Shown in pieces: positions 33,267 through 44,412 of a stretch of 60,241 nt of DNA. A program made the position numbers and the translations under genes. Each line of letters starts with the position of its first letter. Position 1 is the first letter of the stretch. Source of the stretch: an uncultured Candidatus Saccharibacteria bacterium (GTDB lineage: Bacteria > Patescibacteriota > Doudnabacteria > UBA920); assembly GCA_964642585.1 (NCBI GenBank), contig CAZXPB010000002.1:1-60241 (forward strand). The letters run 5' to 3'. Under the pieces are notes generated by a model. The model saw only the letters and a program-made list of their open reading frames with translations, had not been told where the DNA came from and did not search any database.

Positions 33267-35534
33267 ATGGCCAAACAACTTATCATTGTAGAATCTCCTA
33301 CAAAAGCAAAAACAATTTCAAAATTTTTAGGACCTGACTTCCTTGTGGAAGCCAGTTTTGGTCATGTCCGAGATTTACCGAAATCCCGCCTTTCTATAGA
33401 CGTTGAGCACGACTTTGCTCCAAAATATGCCATTGCCCCAAAAGCTAAGGAAGTCATTGAAAAGCTCAAGAAGATGTCAAAAACCGCTTCCTCTATTATA
33501 TTAGCAACTGATGAAGATCGTGAAGGAGAAGCGATTTCATGGCACTTAGTAGAGGCTTTAGGGATGAAGTACTCAGACAAAAAGCTAAAACGCATCGTTT
33601 TCCATGAAATCACCAAGCCTGCCATTGAGCACGCTTTAGAAAATCCTCGTGAGATAGATTTAAACTTAGTTGATGCGCAACAAGCGCGCCGTGTTCTTGA
33701 TCGACTTGTCGGCTATGAACTGTCTCCATTCTTGTGGCGTAAAATTCGCTATGGTCTTTCTGCTGGCCGTGTGCAATCTGTTGCTGTTCGTTTAGTGGTA
33801 GAACGAGAACGCGAGATTAAAGCGTTTGTACCAGAAGAATATTGGAGCATTGAAGCAAGTCTTTCAAAACAAAAAGATGATTTTAAATTTACTGCCAAAC
33901 TTTCCAAAATTGAAGACAAAACTGTTGGCAAAATGGGAATCAACAACGGAGAACTTGCCAAACAAATTTCTTCTGATCTTGAAGGAGCTGCATATAAAGT
34001 TCTTGAAATTACCAAGAAAGAAGTGAAGCGTAATCCATCCCCTCCTTTCACCACCTCCACCTTACAACAAGAAGCAGCTCGCAAACTTGGTTTCAGCGCC
34101 AAGCAAACCATGGCCATTGCACAAAATCTTTACGAAAACGGTTACATCACATACATGCGTACCGATAGTTTAAATTTAGCTAAGTCAGCTCTAGAGCAAG
34201 CACAGGAAATCATTGCCAGTGAATTTGGCAAAGAATATGGCTTGAGTGAACCTCGAACTTTCGCGAACAAAAGCAAAGGCGCGCAAGAAGCTCACGAAGC
34301 CATTCGTCCAACAGATCTTTCCCTGCTTCCAGACCACATGAAGGCCAAGACAGAAGCCCGCGCTGTCAGACTATACGACCTCATCTGGAAGCGCACCATT
34401 GCCTGCCAAATGCAACAAGCCATTTTTGATCAAACCGGGGTAGACATTACCGCTGGACCAAGTGCAACCCCGAGCAAATACACTTTCCGGGCCAATGGCC
34501 AAGTTGTGAAGTTTGATGGCTTCATTCGCGCTTACACTGAAGGTACAGATGAAACTTCTGAGGACGAAATTGAAGGTGCACTTCCAAGTTTAACTGAAGC
34601 TGAGATTTTGGATCTACATGAGCTCTCTCCTTTGCAACATTTCACAGAGCCCCCTGCTCGCTATACAGATGCTAGTCTAGTGAAGACTCTAGAAGCTGCT
34701 GGGGTTGGTCGCCCTTCAACCTACGCACCTACTCTAACAACAATTCAAGAACGTGGTTATGTCACTAAAGAAGATAAAAAGTATGCACCAACAGACGAAG
34801 GTTACTTAGTAACAGACATGCTCGTTGAACATTTCCCAGAAATTGTAGATATTAACTTCACCTCAAAGATTGAAGAACAGTTCGATGAGATTGCTGAAGG
34901 CAAACTACAATGGGTTCCGGTAATTCGTGATTTCTACGGACCATTTAAAACTCACTTAAAAGAAAAAGAAGCGAGTGTTGAAAAAGAAATTGAAGTATCC
35001 ACTACTCCTTGTCCACACTGTTCTCAAATGATGCTCATTAAGTATGGCCGAATGGGTAAATTCTTAGCTTGTCCTGAAGAAGGCAGTAAAGTCACTCTCC
35101 CGATGCCAGAAGAAGCTGCTCAGATTAAAGCTTTGGAAGAAAAAACTAAAGATGAGAAATGTCCAATTTGCGATGGACCGATGAATGTAAAACGCGGCCG
35201 ATTTGGATTCTTCCTTGGGTGTGCTAACTACCCAACCTGTAAAGGAATCTCCAAAATCTGGAACAAGACCGGATTTAAATGTCCTGCCTGTTTAGAAACT
35301 GAAGAACGCAAAATTAAACCAGGAGATGTTGTAGAGAAAAAAGGGCGTGGGCGTGGCAAACCTTTCTGGGCTTGTACTCGTTGGCCAGATTGTACTCTAA
35401 TTTTAAATGCAAAACCAGAAACCGAAGTACAGTTGCTAGAACTATACGAAGAGTCTAAAAAACCAAAACCAGCCAAATCCAAAACTTCTAAAACTAAGGC
35501 AAAGAAGAAAACTACGAAGAAAAAGACTGAGTAA
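33267..35534 (+). CDS. topA: DNA topoisomerase I with C-terminal zinc ribbons and a Lys-rich tail
   Basis: 755 aa. TOPRIM motif LIIVESPTKAKTI, DEDREGEAISWH, active-site region YITYMRTDS, several CxxC...CxxC modules, and a KSKTSKTKAKKKTTKKK tail. Confidence 0.96.
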   Translation: MAKQLIIVESPTKAKTISKFLGPDFLVEASFGHVRDLPKSRLSIDVEHDFAPKYAIAPKAKEVIEKLKKMSKTASSIILATDEDREGEAISWHLVEALGMKYSDKKLKRIVFHEITKPAIEHALENPREIDLNLVDAQQARRVLDRLVGYELSPFLWRKIRYGLSAGRVQSVAVRLVVEREREIKAFVPEEYWSIEASLSKQKDDFKFTAKLSKIEDKTVGKMGINNGELAKQISSDLEGAAYKVLEITKKEVKRNPSPPFTTSTLQQEAARKLGFSAKQTMAIAQNLYENGYITYMRTDSLNLAKSALEQAQEIIASEFGKEYGLSEPRTFANKSKGAQEAHEAIRPTDLSLLPDHMKAKTEARAVRLYDLIWKRTIACQMQQAIFDQTGVDITAGPSATPSKYTFRANGQVVKFDGFIRAYTEGTDETSEDEIEGALPSLTEAEILDLHELSPLQHFTEPPARYTDASLVKTLEAAGVGRPSTYAPTLTTIQERGYVTKEDKKYAPTDEGYLVTDMLVEHFPEIVDINFTSKIEEQFDEIAEGKLQWVPVIRDFYGPFKTHLKEKEASVEKEIEVSTTPCPHCSQMMLIKYGRMGKFLACPEEGSKVTLPMPEEAAQIKALEEKTKDEKCPICDGPMNVKRGRFGFFLGCANYPTCKGISKIWNKTGFKCPACLETEERKIKPGDVVEKKGRGRGKPFWACTRWPDCTLILNAKPETEVQLLELYEESKKPKPAKSKTSKTKAKKKTTKKKTE

Positions 35535-35625
35535 CTTCAGGTACTTGAAAAAATCTCATAAATGTAGTAAAATATCAAAGTTATCGTTTATCTAAGTTTA
35601 TTTAAACGCTTTGATTTACTACTAT

Positions 35626-35701
35626 GGGTCTGTAGCTCAGTTGGTAGAGCAGTGGCCTTTTAAGCCATTTGTCGCGGGTTCGAATCCCGCCGGACCCACC
35701 A
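35626..35701 (+). tRNA. tRNA-Lys (anticodon UUU), CCA encoded
   Basis: Acceptor GGGTCTG/CGGACCC, D arm GCTC-AGTTGGT-AGAGC, anticodon stem GTGGC/GCCAT with loop CTTTTAA, T arm GCGGG-TTCGAAT-CCCGC, then ACCA. Confidence 0.92.
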
Positions 35702-35703
35702 TT

Positions 35704-35725
35704 AAAACCGCATCAATGCGGTTTT
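35704..35725 (+). terminator. Intrinsic terminator after tRNA-Lys
   Basis: AAAACCGCA-TCAA-TGCGGTTTT. Confidence 0.75.
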
Positions 35726-35751
35726 AAATTTTATGTTAATATAACTGTATA

Positions 35752-36645
35752 ATGCAATTAGAAACTTTTGAACAATTTTTAGATTACGAACTACTTGATT
35801 CAGGTGATGGCGCGCGTCTTGAACAATGGGGAAACATTCGTCTTAAGCGTCCTGATCCACAAGTTATCTGGGAACCAAGCTTACCTTTGAAAGAATGGGA
35901 TTTAGCTAACGCAGAATTCATCGGCAGTGGTGAACGCGGAAAATGGCAAAAAAAATCTATAGTGCCGGAAAAATGGGAAGTATACTTTAGACCAGACATC
36001 AAACTGGTCGCCAAACTCACTCCGTTTAAACATACAGGGATTTTTGCTGAGCAAGCTGCAAACTGGGAATGGATGACAGAAATCGCCGGTCTTTCCAGTG
36101 GCAGCACCACTGGTCCATTAAATATTCTTAATCTATTTGCCTACACTGGTGGTGCTAGCATGGTGTTAACTCGTCTCGGTCACAAAGTAACTCATGTAGA
36201 CGCCAGTAAACCAGCAATCGCATGGGCAAAAGAAAATCAGCACGCAAACCGATTTGACCCTGAAAGCATCCGTTGGATTTTAGATGATGCCGCAAAGTTT
36301 GTGCAACGAGAACTAAATCGTGGCGCTACTTACGATGGAATTATTATGGATCCCCCTGCTTTTGGTCACTCCCCTACAGGCAAAACTTGGAAGTTTAATC
36401 GCGACTTACCTTCACTTCTGGAAAACTGTGTTGGACTACTTTCACCCAATGCCAAGTTCCTGTTAATCAATGGCTACGCAACTAATTCTTCTGCAATTTC
36501 TTTGGGAAATATTTTAGAAGATGCAATGGCTAAGCGCTCGGATTTGAACAACCCAGATAGTAAAATTGAATTTGGAGAACTTTGCTTACAACAAAAAACC
36601 GGTCGAAAGATTTCAACCGGCATTTTTGCTAGATGGCACAGATAA
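35752..36645 (+). CDS. Class I SAM-dependent methyltransferase (RlmI/YwbD-like rRNA MTase type)
   Basis: 297 aa with LNLFAYTGGASM (motif I), THVDASK and IIMDPPAFG (DPPxF motif IV). Confidence 0.7.
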   Translation: MQLETFEQFLDYELLDSGDGARLEQWGNIRLKRPDPQVIWEPSLPLKEWDLANAEFIGSGERGKWQKKSIVPEKWEVYFRPDIKLVAKLTPFKHTGIFAEQAANWEWMTEIAGLSSGSTTGPLNILNLFAYTGGASMVLTRLGHKVTHVDASKPAIAWAKENQHANRFDPESIRWILDDAAKFVQRELNRGATYDGIIMDPPAFGHSPTGKTWKFNRDLPSLLENCVGLLSPNAKFLLINGYATNSSAISLGNILEDAMAKRSDLNNPDSKIEFGELCLQQKTGRKISTGIFARWHR

Positions 36646-36665
36646 CCTAACAAGCCAAGAAAGTT

Positions 36666-39600
36666 CTAAATAAGGTTTTCGCTTTGTGATCTAGGTTCAT
36701 CACTCGGGATGTTTAGCTCATCATTTAAGAACTGCTCTGTAGGAATTGAGAGTTGTTGTTGATTTGGATCAATCATTTCATAATCTGCTACCGCATCAGG
36801 TTCATCAGTTTTTTTCCTACGAGTTAACCAAGAATACAACACTGGAGTGGTAAACAAAGATAGAATCCCTGAACTTAAAATTCCAAAGATTACTACGATT
36901 GAAAGACCACGCCAAAATGGTGAGAACACTGCAAGTGGCAGCAAACCTGCCAAAGCAGTTACTTTAGTTAACATAACTGGGCGGAAACGAATTCCTGAAG
37001 CCAAAGCAATGGCTTCTTTTTTGTTCATACCTTCAGCCACTTTGCGGTTGGCATAGTCAATGAGGAAAATACCAACGTTTTCGGCAATACCAATCACCAT
37101 CAGAATTCCAATGACTTCAAGGAAACCAAATTGTCCCCCAGCAAAGAAGGCTAACGCTGGAAACACTCCAATGAAAATTAGAGGTACAGCAAACAAAACA
37201 ATTAGTGGTTGCAAAAAAGATTTAAAGAACACAACGAAGACCACATAGGTGACTAAAATTGCCAATGCAATCGCTAAGAATAATTCTTGGAAAGATTTTT
37301 CGAATTCATTAACACCTACCCTATCTTCAAATGCTCTGTCGGAAACTTCTAACTGAGCAGTATTTGCTTTTGCCCAATCGGAAATTTTACGCTGAATATT
37401 AATCGCATCACGCGCATCTTTCACGCGGGCACTAACTTGGGCGTATCTATCCCCTTGCGCGCGGCGGATTGATCCTGGTACATCTGACTCCACGATAGTG
37501 GCAACATCAGAAACTTTCACTGGTCCATTTTGACCATAGATTTGAATGGCGCCAAGAGCAGCAACTGTATTTGGCTTTGTATCTTCGGAAATTCTCAACA
37601 CTACGTCTAGCTCACCAACTCGATAAAGAGTTTTTTCACCAAGTAGCCCTGCAATCTGACCATACACCTGCGCTGCACTAATACCGCTCGCAGCAATCTT
37701 TTCTGGATTTACAGCAACAACAAGTTCTTTACTGGTAGTGTCATTATCTGTAATAACATTGGCCACTTCTTCGTATGAGCGAAGTTCATTGGCAATTTTG
37801 CTACTTGCATTTTGGAGTTTAGCGGAATCATTTTCAAAGATTTTCACGGTGACTGGGTAGGCTTCACTTGGTGGACCTGCTCCGCTTTCAGAAGCAAGCG
37901 CACGTTCACCAAATTTAGCTTGCAGTTCTTTTTGAAGAGCTTCTGCGATTTCCGGACTCTTTACATCACGATCTACTGATGGTTTCAAATGTACTAACAA
38001 ACTAATGTTTTGACTAGATCCATTACCGCTAGCATCACGATAGAAAAATACACTAATTTCTTTCAAATGATTTTTCAAAATATTTTCAATTGTAGAAATC
38101 TGAGTTTGAAGTTGACCGTCAGTTTGGTTAGCTGGCTTTGGCACTGTTAGTTGAATAAACTCTACATCATCTGGACTAGCAAATTGGACCTGACGAACTT
38201 GATTAGTTGCAAACAACGCTCCTGAAATCCCAATTGGAATAACCAGTCCGAGAACAATCACAGCAATTTGTAGCCAAAGGTGTTTTAACACATATCTATT
38301 AGCGCGGATTAACCACTGAGCGACTGGCCAAAGAGTATGCACATCATCTTCATCATGAAGATTGCCAGTTGCATCTGCTTTCAGAAACTTAGCTGCAAGC
38401 CAAGTAAGAAATACTAAAGGTACAAAATAAGACGCAATAAGTGCTGGGAAAACTGTCAGTGGAATGTACTTAATGATTTGTCCAAAAGTTCCGGAAACAA
38501 CGCTAAATGGAATAAACACAATCAAAGAAGTAAGTACGGCGATGAACAAACCAAGGCCGATTACATCCATTGAGCGCAGTACAGCGTTTTGACCTTTGAA
38601 TCCAATTTCCATGTATCGTTTAATTGATTCAAGTACCACAATCGCAGGATCGACAATCAATCCGAGCACCAAGATAAATGAGAACAACACTAAGGTATTC
38701 ATCTGAATTCCAAGTACAGCGAGCACAATGAAAGTAAACAAGAATGACAATGGAATAGATAGCGCTGAGATTAAAGCACTACGCCAATCTAAGAACAAAA
38801 GCATCCCAATAATTAGTAGCCAAATACCACCGAAGATAAAACCTAGATAACCAAATGGGCCATCTAATTCCCATTTACTACCAACTGCAGCTTCAACAAT
38901 TTCATCAACTTGGTTTTGCGCATCTTGAGCTTGGTTAAAGACGAGTGCATAATCACTCTTTCCATCTGGGGCTTTAGTTTCTTCAACAACTTTTTCTACT
39001 TCTTTACCAACACTCAACAGATCTGCGCCTGCTTCAAGACGAACTTCAAAAAGCAGCGCTGGTTGAATTTTAAATTTATTCTCTGCTTTATCTAAATAAC
39101 CAACCCGATGAACACCTTTACCTGTGTCTAAAGCTGAATACACGGAAGCGATATCTGACAGCTTCACTGTTCGCGCTGGAATTTCTGGAGTTGCAGGTAA
39201 GTTAACAGGGATATTTCGTACATCTTCTAGACTCTTCAAGCTTGCTTCACCTGAGATTGGAATTTTCTTTCCATCAATAACACTCTCCCCTAACGGGAAA
39301 CCAATGTTAGCTGCGGTTAACTGTGCGATTACATCTGGGAACTGAAATTGTGGTGGCAGTTCAATGAAAATCTTTTTATGCCATCAATAGCCAATAACTT
39401 TTCTTTAATAAAATCAGTTTGAGTATTTAAATCTAAGAGGCTTTTTGGACCAGATACTGCCACGAAAAAAGGAGCACTACCAGTTTCTGGTACGAAGATG
39501 TTTGGATCACTTATTCCTTCTGGAAGTGTGACTGTAGTAAGTTTAGTTCTCGCTTCTTGAATTGCCATATTTACATCAACCCCATCGGAAAAAGACAACA

Positions 39601-39964
39601 CGACAGTAGAAACACTGTCTTGTGATGTAGAGCTAATTTCTTTCACACCTTTCAAGTCGCGAAGAGAGTTTTCAATCGGAGCGGTAATGGTATCATTTAC
39701 AGTTTCAGGACCAGCGCCAGGCGCAATAGTAGAAACAATGGCAATCGGTACTTGAATCTCAGGAAATCCTTGCACACTTAATTGAAAATAACTTCCAGCA
39801 CCAACAAGGACGATAATTGCTAAAAGCATTGCAGTTAACTGTTTTTGTTTTAGGAAAAATTGAACAATTTTCCCATTCAAGCCCAATTTGCTAGGCATAT
39901 TACTATTTGAAAGATTATCCATGGTGAAATTTTGATTAAAAATTAAATATAAAAAGACCCTCAA
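36666..39964 (-). pseudogene. RND (AcrB-like) efflux permease split by a -1 frameshift at an A5 run. The fragments are 39329-39964 and 36666-39239.
   Basis: Track ORFs of 211 aa and 857 aa are the N-terminal and remaining parts of one RND protein. Reading GGC ATA AAA then slipping -1 gives K-IFIELPPQFQFPDVIAQLTAANIGFPLGESVIDGKKIPISGEASLKSLEDV, which continues in the frame of the second ORF. The run is plus-strand T5 at 39373-39377. The true start is uncertain (ATG 39922 or 39898 is more likely than 39964). Confidence 0.7.
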
Positions 39965-40008
39965 TTATAGCTATTTGAGGGTCTTTTGTCAAGTATGAAA
40001 CTTTGCGA

Positions 40009-40557
40009 TTAGGAGTCTGTATTGTCTGCCAGGAACCGTCCTGTGAAAATTAGGAACACCACTGGAAGCAGTAACCAGACAAATCCTGCGTTTGGGTGCA
40101 AGAATAAAAATTGAATTAAAGGCGACAAGCTATTTTGCACATGCTCAGGAATGTAACTCATGATGACATTTATCAACAAGCCTACCTGAAGCACAGAAAA
40201 AATTAGAGCAAATGGCAGTGTGTAAATTTGACGACCATCTACTGAAGTACGGAACGCATACCTATTTAAAAAGATAAAGAATACTAAAAACAGCACCACA
40301 AAAGCTACAAGCTGTGAGATGCTGGTCATTCCGACATTTAGTTTGTCTGCTACTAAATTACTAAAGAACGGGGCTTTGATTACTAAAAGCTGGGACATGT
40401 ATGTGCTTACCAAAATAGTAAGCATGCGACCCCTGCCAGCGGAGAAAGCAAACAACACACTCGCAACAATCCAAAACAGCAAAATAAACAAATCCCAAGA
40501 TGGCGAATGCCAGTTGAATGTACTGATTAAAAATTGGATTTCACTGAAGTTACTCAT
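40009..40557 (-). CDS. Polytopic membrane protein (tentatively CvpA-like)
   Basis: 182 aa with 4-5 predicted TM segments. The family call is a weak impression only. Confidence 0.5.
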   Translation of the reverse strand: MSNFSEIQFLISTFNWHSPSWDLFILLFWIVASVLFAFSAGRGRMLTILVSTYMSQLLVIKAPFFSNLVADKLNVGMTSISQLVAFVVLFLVFFIFLNRYAFRTSVDGRQIYTLPFALIFSVLQVGLLINVIMSYIPEHVQNSLSPLIQFLFLHPNAGFVWLLLPVVFLIFTGRFLADNTDS

Positions 40558-40578
40558 TAACTATATTATACCACAGTC

Positions 40579-41742
40579 TTATTCAAAACTATCCTTGATA
40601 TTATCCCAGAAGCTTTTGTGGACCTCTGAGGTTTCACCATTCAGCTTGGCAACTTCTTGGAGGAGTTCAGTTTCTTTTTTGGTTAACTTACTTGGTACAA
40701 CCACGCGCGTGGTGATTAACAAGTCGCCACGCTTAGTACTGTTAATATGTGGCACCCCTTTACCACCTACTCTAAACACTTTCCCTGGCTGTGTGCCTGA
40801 AGGAATTTTTAATTCTATATCCCCATCAAGTGTCGGAACTACTATTTTTGTACCAAGGGCTGCTTGAGTAAAACTAATCGGCACTTCCAGCTTCAAAGTG
40901 GTACCATCACGCACGAATTCTTTGTGCTTCTTCACGCGAACATTTAGATACAAATCACCTGCTGCGCTTCCGCGATAACCAACTTCCCCTTCACCATTGA
41001 TACGAATTCGCTGGTTATCGTCTATCCCTGCTGGAATTTGCACTTCAAGAGTTTTTTCCTGACGCAAGATCCCCTCACCTTTACATTCCTTACATGGTTT
41101 TTCTGGGACCTTACCAGTGCCATCACATTTTTCACAAGCTACACTAGAATTAATCACGCCAAAAATAGTGCGTTGTTGTTGCTTAATTTGACCTTGGCCG
41201 TGACATACTGAACAAGTTTCAATCTTACTTCCAGGCTCACCGCCAGAACCACTACAAGTTGAACACTTATCTTTTTTCTCTAAAGTAATAGTGCGTTTTA
41301 CACCGAACACAGCTTCTTCAAAAGAAACTGTAACTTGCATCTCAAGATCTATCCCCCTCTGTCTTCGTGATTGGGCTCGACCGCCGCTACGACCACCAAA
41401 CAAGTCACCAAAAATATCTCCGATATCAAATTCAACGCCATCACCAAAGCCGCCGCCAAATGGATTACCGCCACCAAAACCGCCGAAACCGCCAGCACCA
41501 TAACCTGGGCCGCCGCCATTTCTTTGGGCATCTTCAAAAGTTTGTCCGTACTGATCGTACTGACCTCTTTTTTCAGAGTCAGATAAAACTTGATAAGCTT
41601 CGTTTACTTCTTTAAACTTCGCATCATTTCCCTGACCTTTATCTGGATGGTACTTATGCGCCAATTTTCGGTAAGCTTTTTTTATCTCATCATCTGAAGC
41701 TGATTTCGCAACCCCAAGAGTTTCATAATAGTTTTGTGCCAT
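40579..41742 (-). CDS. dnaJ: Chaperone DnaJ
   Basis: 387 aa with a J domain (YYETLGV...HPDK), a G/F-rich region and four CxxCxGxG repeats. Confidence 0.96.
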   Translation of the reverse strand: MAQNYYETLGVAKSASDDEIKKAYRKLAHKYHPDKGQGNDAKFKEVNEAYQVLSDSEKRGQYDQYGQTFEDAQRNGGGPGYGAGGFGGFGGGNPFGGGFGDGVEFDIGDIFGDLFGGRSGGRAQSRRQRGIDLEMQVTVSFEEAVFGVKRTITLEKKDKCSTCSGSGGEPGSKIETCSVCHGQGQIKQQQRTIFGVINSSVACEKCDGTGKVPEKPCKECKGEGILRQEKTLEVQIPAGIDDNQRIRINGEGEVGYRGSAAGDLYLNVRVKKHKEFVRDGTTLKLEVPISFTQAALGTKIVVPTLDGDIELKIPSGTQPGKVFRVGGKGVPHINSTKRGDLLITTRVVVPSKLTKKETELLQEVAKLNGETSEVHKSFWDNIKDSFE

Positions 41743-41816
41743 TTGTTTAGTTTTCCACAGTTGGACGCTTGACGCGAATATTGTTTAGTTAGTGTGTTTG
41801 GGATTATAATTTAAGT

Positions 41817-42192
41817 GGAGGTTGTAGTATGATGGTAAACGGAAATTCAAAGCCTCGAGATGTACTGTGCATCTTCCTCACGAGCGAACCACCCTTGAAC
41901 GGCGGTAGTATTCCTCAAACAGGAATCCGCTAAGGAGAGTGATCCGAACATCTAACAGTTGGGCTAACCCCCCGACAATCTAATCCAGGAGGAGCTATTA
42001 TCGAAACGAAGACTTTAACTGACGGAAGTAGATCATGTGGGTGCATACTGTCCCCGAGTTAACACTCCACTTATTGTTAACTTTAAGTTAACTCAACAAA
42101 TCTGCTATACGGGGATTACGCATGTTATCCTACAGTTAGCCACTATTTCTCTTCACCGAGAGCGCCGCAAATCCGCGACGCTCTTTCTTTTT
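41817..42192 (+). ncRNA. Candidate ~375-nt plus-strand RNA inside the dnaK-dnaJ spacer, antisense to the operon, family unknown
   Basis: TTGTTT-18-TATAAT (41781-41810). An intrinsic terminator at 42158-42192 has its T-tract only on the plus strand. GC is 32/60 and 29/60 at 41881-42000. A clear hairpin lies at 41902-41930. The longest plus ORF is 34 codons. Confidence 0.4.
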
Positions 42193-42194
42193 AT

Positions 42195-44105
42195 CTATTT
42201 AGTTTCTTCTTTGTCATCTTTATCATCTTTTGATACTTCGGTATATTCTGCATCAACAGGCTTTTCTTCACCTGGAATTTCTTTTTCAGTTGGATCTACA
42301 GTACCTGCATCGCCAGGTTGTTGAGCACCTTGTTCATACATTGCCGCTCCAACTTTTTGGACAGCATCAGATAAAGCTTGGATCTTCTTTTGCAGTTCAT
42401 CTACATCTTCTTTATCTTTCACTTCTTTCAGTTCTGTGATTGCAGTTTCTACAGCAGTCTTGTCCTCTGCTTTAGCTTTATCGCCAGCATCTTTCAAAGT
42501 TTTTTCTGAAATTGAAATTAGAGTGTCGGCTTCGTTGCGCTTGTCCACTAATTCACGACGCTTACGGTCATCAGACGCATGTGCTTCTGCTTCTTGCTTC
42601 ATGCGTTCCACATCTTCTTTAGAAAGAGAGGAGGAGCCTTGGATGGTAATATGTGCATCTTTACCAGATGCTTTGTCTTTTGCAGAAACTTTCAAGATTC
42701 CACTCGCATCAATGTCAAAAGTAACTTCCACTTGCGGCACGCCGCGGGGTGCTGGAGGAATTCCCTCCAAAGTAAAGGTTCCTAGTGATTTATTATCCGC
42801 TGCAAATTCACGTTCCCCTTGCAGTACATGCACTTGCACTGAAGTTTGGTTGTCTGCCGCTGTTGAGAACACTTGTGATTTAGAGGTTGGAATAGTGGTG
42901 TTTCTGTCAATTAAAGCAGTACGAACACCGCCAAGAGTTTCTAAACCAAGGGTCAAAGGAGTTACATCTAGAAGTAAAATTTCTTTATCTTGAACTTCAC
43001 CACCTAGAACGCCGGCTTGAACAGCAGCACCCTTTGCTACTGCTTCCATTGGGTCTACACCACGTTCTACTTGCTTACCGATGTAATCTTCAACGAACTT
43101 AATGACTACTGGCATACGAGTTGGACCACCAATCATAATGATCTTATCAATTTGCTGTGGACTTAAACCTGCATCTTTAATAGCTTGTTCAACTGGAGTG
43201 CGCATCTTTGCCACAATTGGCTTAATTAGATCTTCCAATTTTGCTCGAGTTAGTTTTAACTCTAAGTTTTGAGAGCCATTTTCATTTTGAGCGATGAAAG
43301 GCAAAATTATTTCAGTCTCTAGAGTTGTAGAAAGTTCAATCTTTGCTTTTTCTGCAGCTTCACGAACACGGTTCATTGCCATCTTATCGGAAGTGATATC
43401 TATTCCAGATTGAGTTTTGAATTCGTTTGTTAAAAAGTCAATTAAGGCTGCATCCATGTCTTTTCCACCAAGAGTGGTATCACCAGATGTAGACTTCACT
43501 TCAAAAGTTGCTTGAGTCTTACCATCTTCTTCAACTTCAGAGAATTCCATGATGGTGACATCAAGAGTTCCCCCACCAAGGTCAAACACTAAAATCTTTT
43601 GATCATGCGCACCAGACTTATCAATACCGTAGGCAAAAGCTGCTGCGGTTGGTTCGTTAATAACGCGGACTACTTCTAGCCCTGCAATTTCACCAGCTTG
43701 TTTAGTCGCTTGGCGCTGGGCATCATCAAAGTAAGCAGGCACTGTAATCACAGCTTTCTCTACTTTATCTCCAAGATAACTTTCAGCATCGCGCTTAATT
43801 TTTTGCAAGATGAAAGCGCTGATTTGTTCTGGTGAATATTCTTTATCGTTAATTTTATAACGGAAAGATGTTCCCATCTTGCGCTTTGCTTCGAACACTG
43901 TTCCTTCTGGGTTTGTAACGGCTTGTCTGCGAGCTGGTTCGCCAACAAGAAGTTGACCATCTTTTGTAAAAGCTACATAAGATGGAAACGCTTTTCCACC
44001 AAGTGAGTTTCCTTCTGCTGAAGGAATAATCACTGGCTTACCACCTTCTAGCGCAGCTGCTGCTGAGTTAGAGGTTCCAAGGTCGATTCCAATAATTTTT
44101 GACAT
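42195..44105 (-). CDS. dnaK: Chaperone DnaK (Hsp70)
   Basis: 636 aa with [19 protein letters not shown] and an acidic C-terminal tail. Confidence 0.97.
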   Translation of the reverse strand: MSKIIGIDLGTSNSAAAALEGGKPVIIPSAEGNSLGGKAFPSYVAFTKDGQLLVGEPARRQAVTNPEGTVFEAKRKMGTSFRYKINDKEYSPEQISAFILQKIKRDAESYLGDKVEKAVITVPAYFDDAQRQATKQAGEIAGLEVVRVINEPTAAAFAYGIDKSGAHDQKILVFDLGGGTLDVTIMEFSEVEEDGKTQATFEVKSTSGDTTLGGKDMDAALIDFLTNEFKTQSGIDITSDKMAMNRVREAAEKAKIELSTTLETEIILPFIAQNENGSQNLELKLTRAKLEDLIKPIVAKMRTPVEQAIKDAGLSPQQIDKIIMIGGPTRMPVVIKFVEDYIGKQVERGVDPMEAVAKGAAVQAGVLGGEVQDKEILLLDVTPLTLGLETLGGVRTALIDRNTTIPTSKSQVFSTAADNQTSVQVHVLQGEREFAADNKSLGTFTLEGIPPAPRGVPQVEVTFDIDASGILKVSAKDKASGKDAHITIQGSSSLSKEDVERMKQEAEAHASDDRKRRELVDKRNEADTLISISEKTLKDAGDKAKAEDKTAVETAITELKEVKDKEDVDELQKKIQALSDAVQKVGAAMYEQGAQQPGDAGTVDPTEKEIPGEEKPVDAEYTEVSKDDKDDKEETK

Positions 44106-44108
44106 AGT

Positions 44109-44411
44109 TTAGTTCTCCTTACTTTCTTCTGTGGTAGTAAATCCGAAAGTTTTTTTCTCGGCTTTACTTACTTCTGGAAGTTGAGTGATTAATTCTCCAA
44201 ATTTTTTCTCGTAATCTTTAATTGTATTAGTGAGCAGTAATAGAAGTCGTTTAGCATGTTTTGGAGTCATGCTATATTGCCGCATCTGACTACCTGTCAT
44301 GGTCTGAATAATAAATTCTTCCTCACCAGGGATGACCCTAACGCCACTCATCGCATAAATGTTCGGATCAAGATTCATAGGGATGCGTTGTTGTGAATTG
44401 TTTTCTGACAT
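44109..44411 (-). CDS. DUF3467-like small protein embedded between grpE and dnaK
   Basis: 100 aa. The pattern is NIYAMSGVRVIPGEEEFIIQ...MTPKHAKRLLLLLTNTIKDYEKKFGEL. Confidence 0.65.
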   Translation of the reverse strand: MSENNSQQRIPMNLDPNIYAMSGVRVIPGEEEFIIQTMTGSQMRQYSMTPKHAKRLLLLLTNTIKDYEKKFGELITQLPEVSKAEKKTFGFTTTEESKEN

Positions 44412-44412
44412 A

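Noticed and set aside
41828-41932. A 34-codon ORF with GGAGG-7-ATG in the dnaK-dnaJ spacer, taken as a definite small-protein gene
   Set aside because: It is short, has no recognisable motif or hydrophobic segment, and sits in a region with strong RNA-structure potential. I kept it as a note within the finding rather than as a feature.
41743-42194. RNase P RNA in the dnaK-dnaJ spacer. On the minus strand, UAAAGUCUUCG and CGAGGCUUU can form a P4-like helix with a bulged U. On the plus strand, ACAGGAAUCCGCUAAGG resembles the CR-V motif.
   Set aside because: On the minus strand only about 140 nt separate the two P4-like strands. There is no room for P3, and I could not find the P2 or specificity-domain motifs. 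On the plus strand the CR-V-like motif sits near the 5' end and is better explained by a local hairpin. The case rests on motif resemblance only, and Infernal is needed for a firm exclusion.
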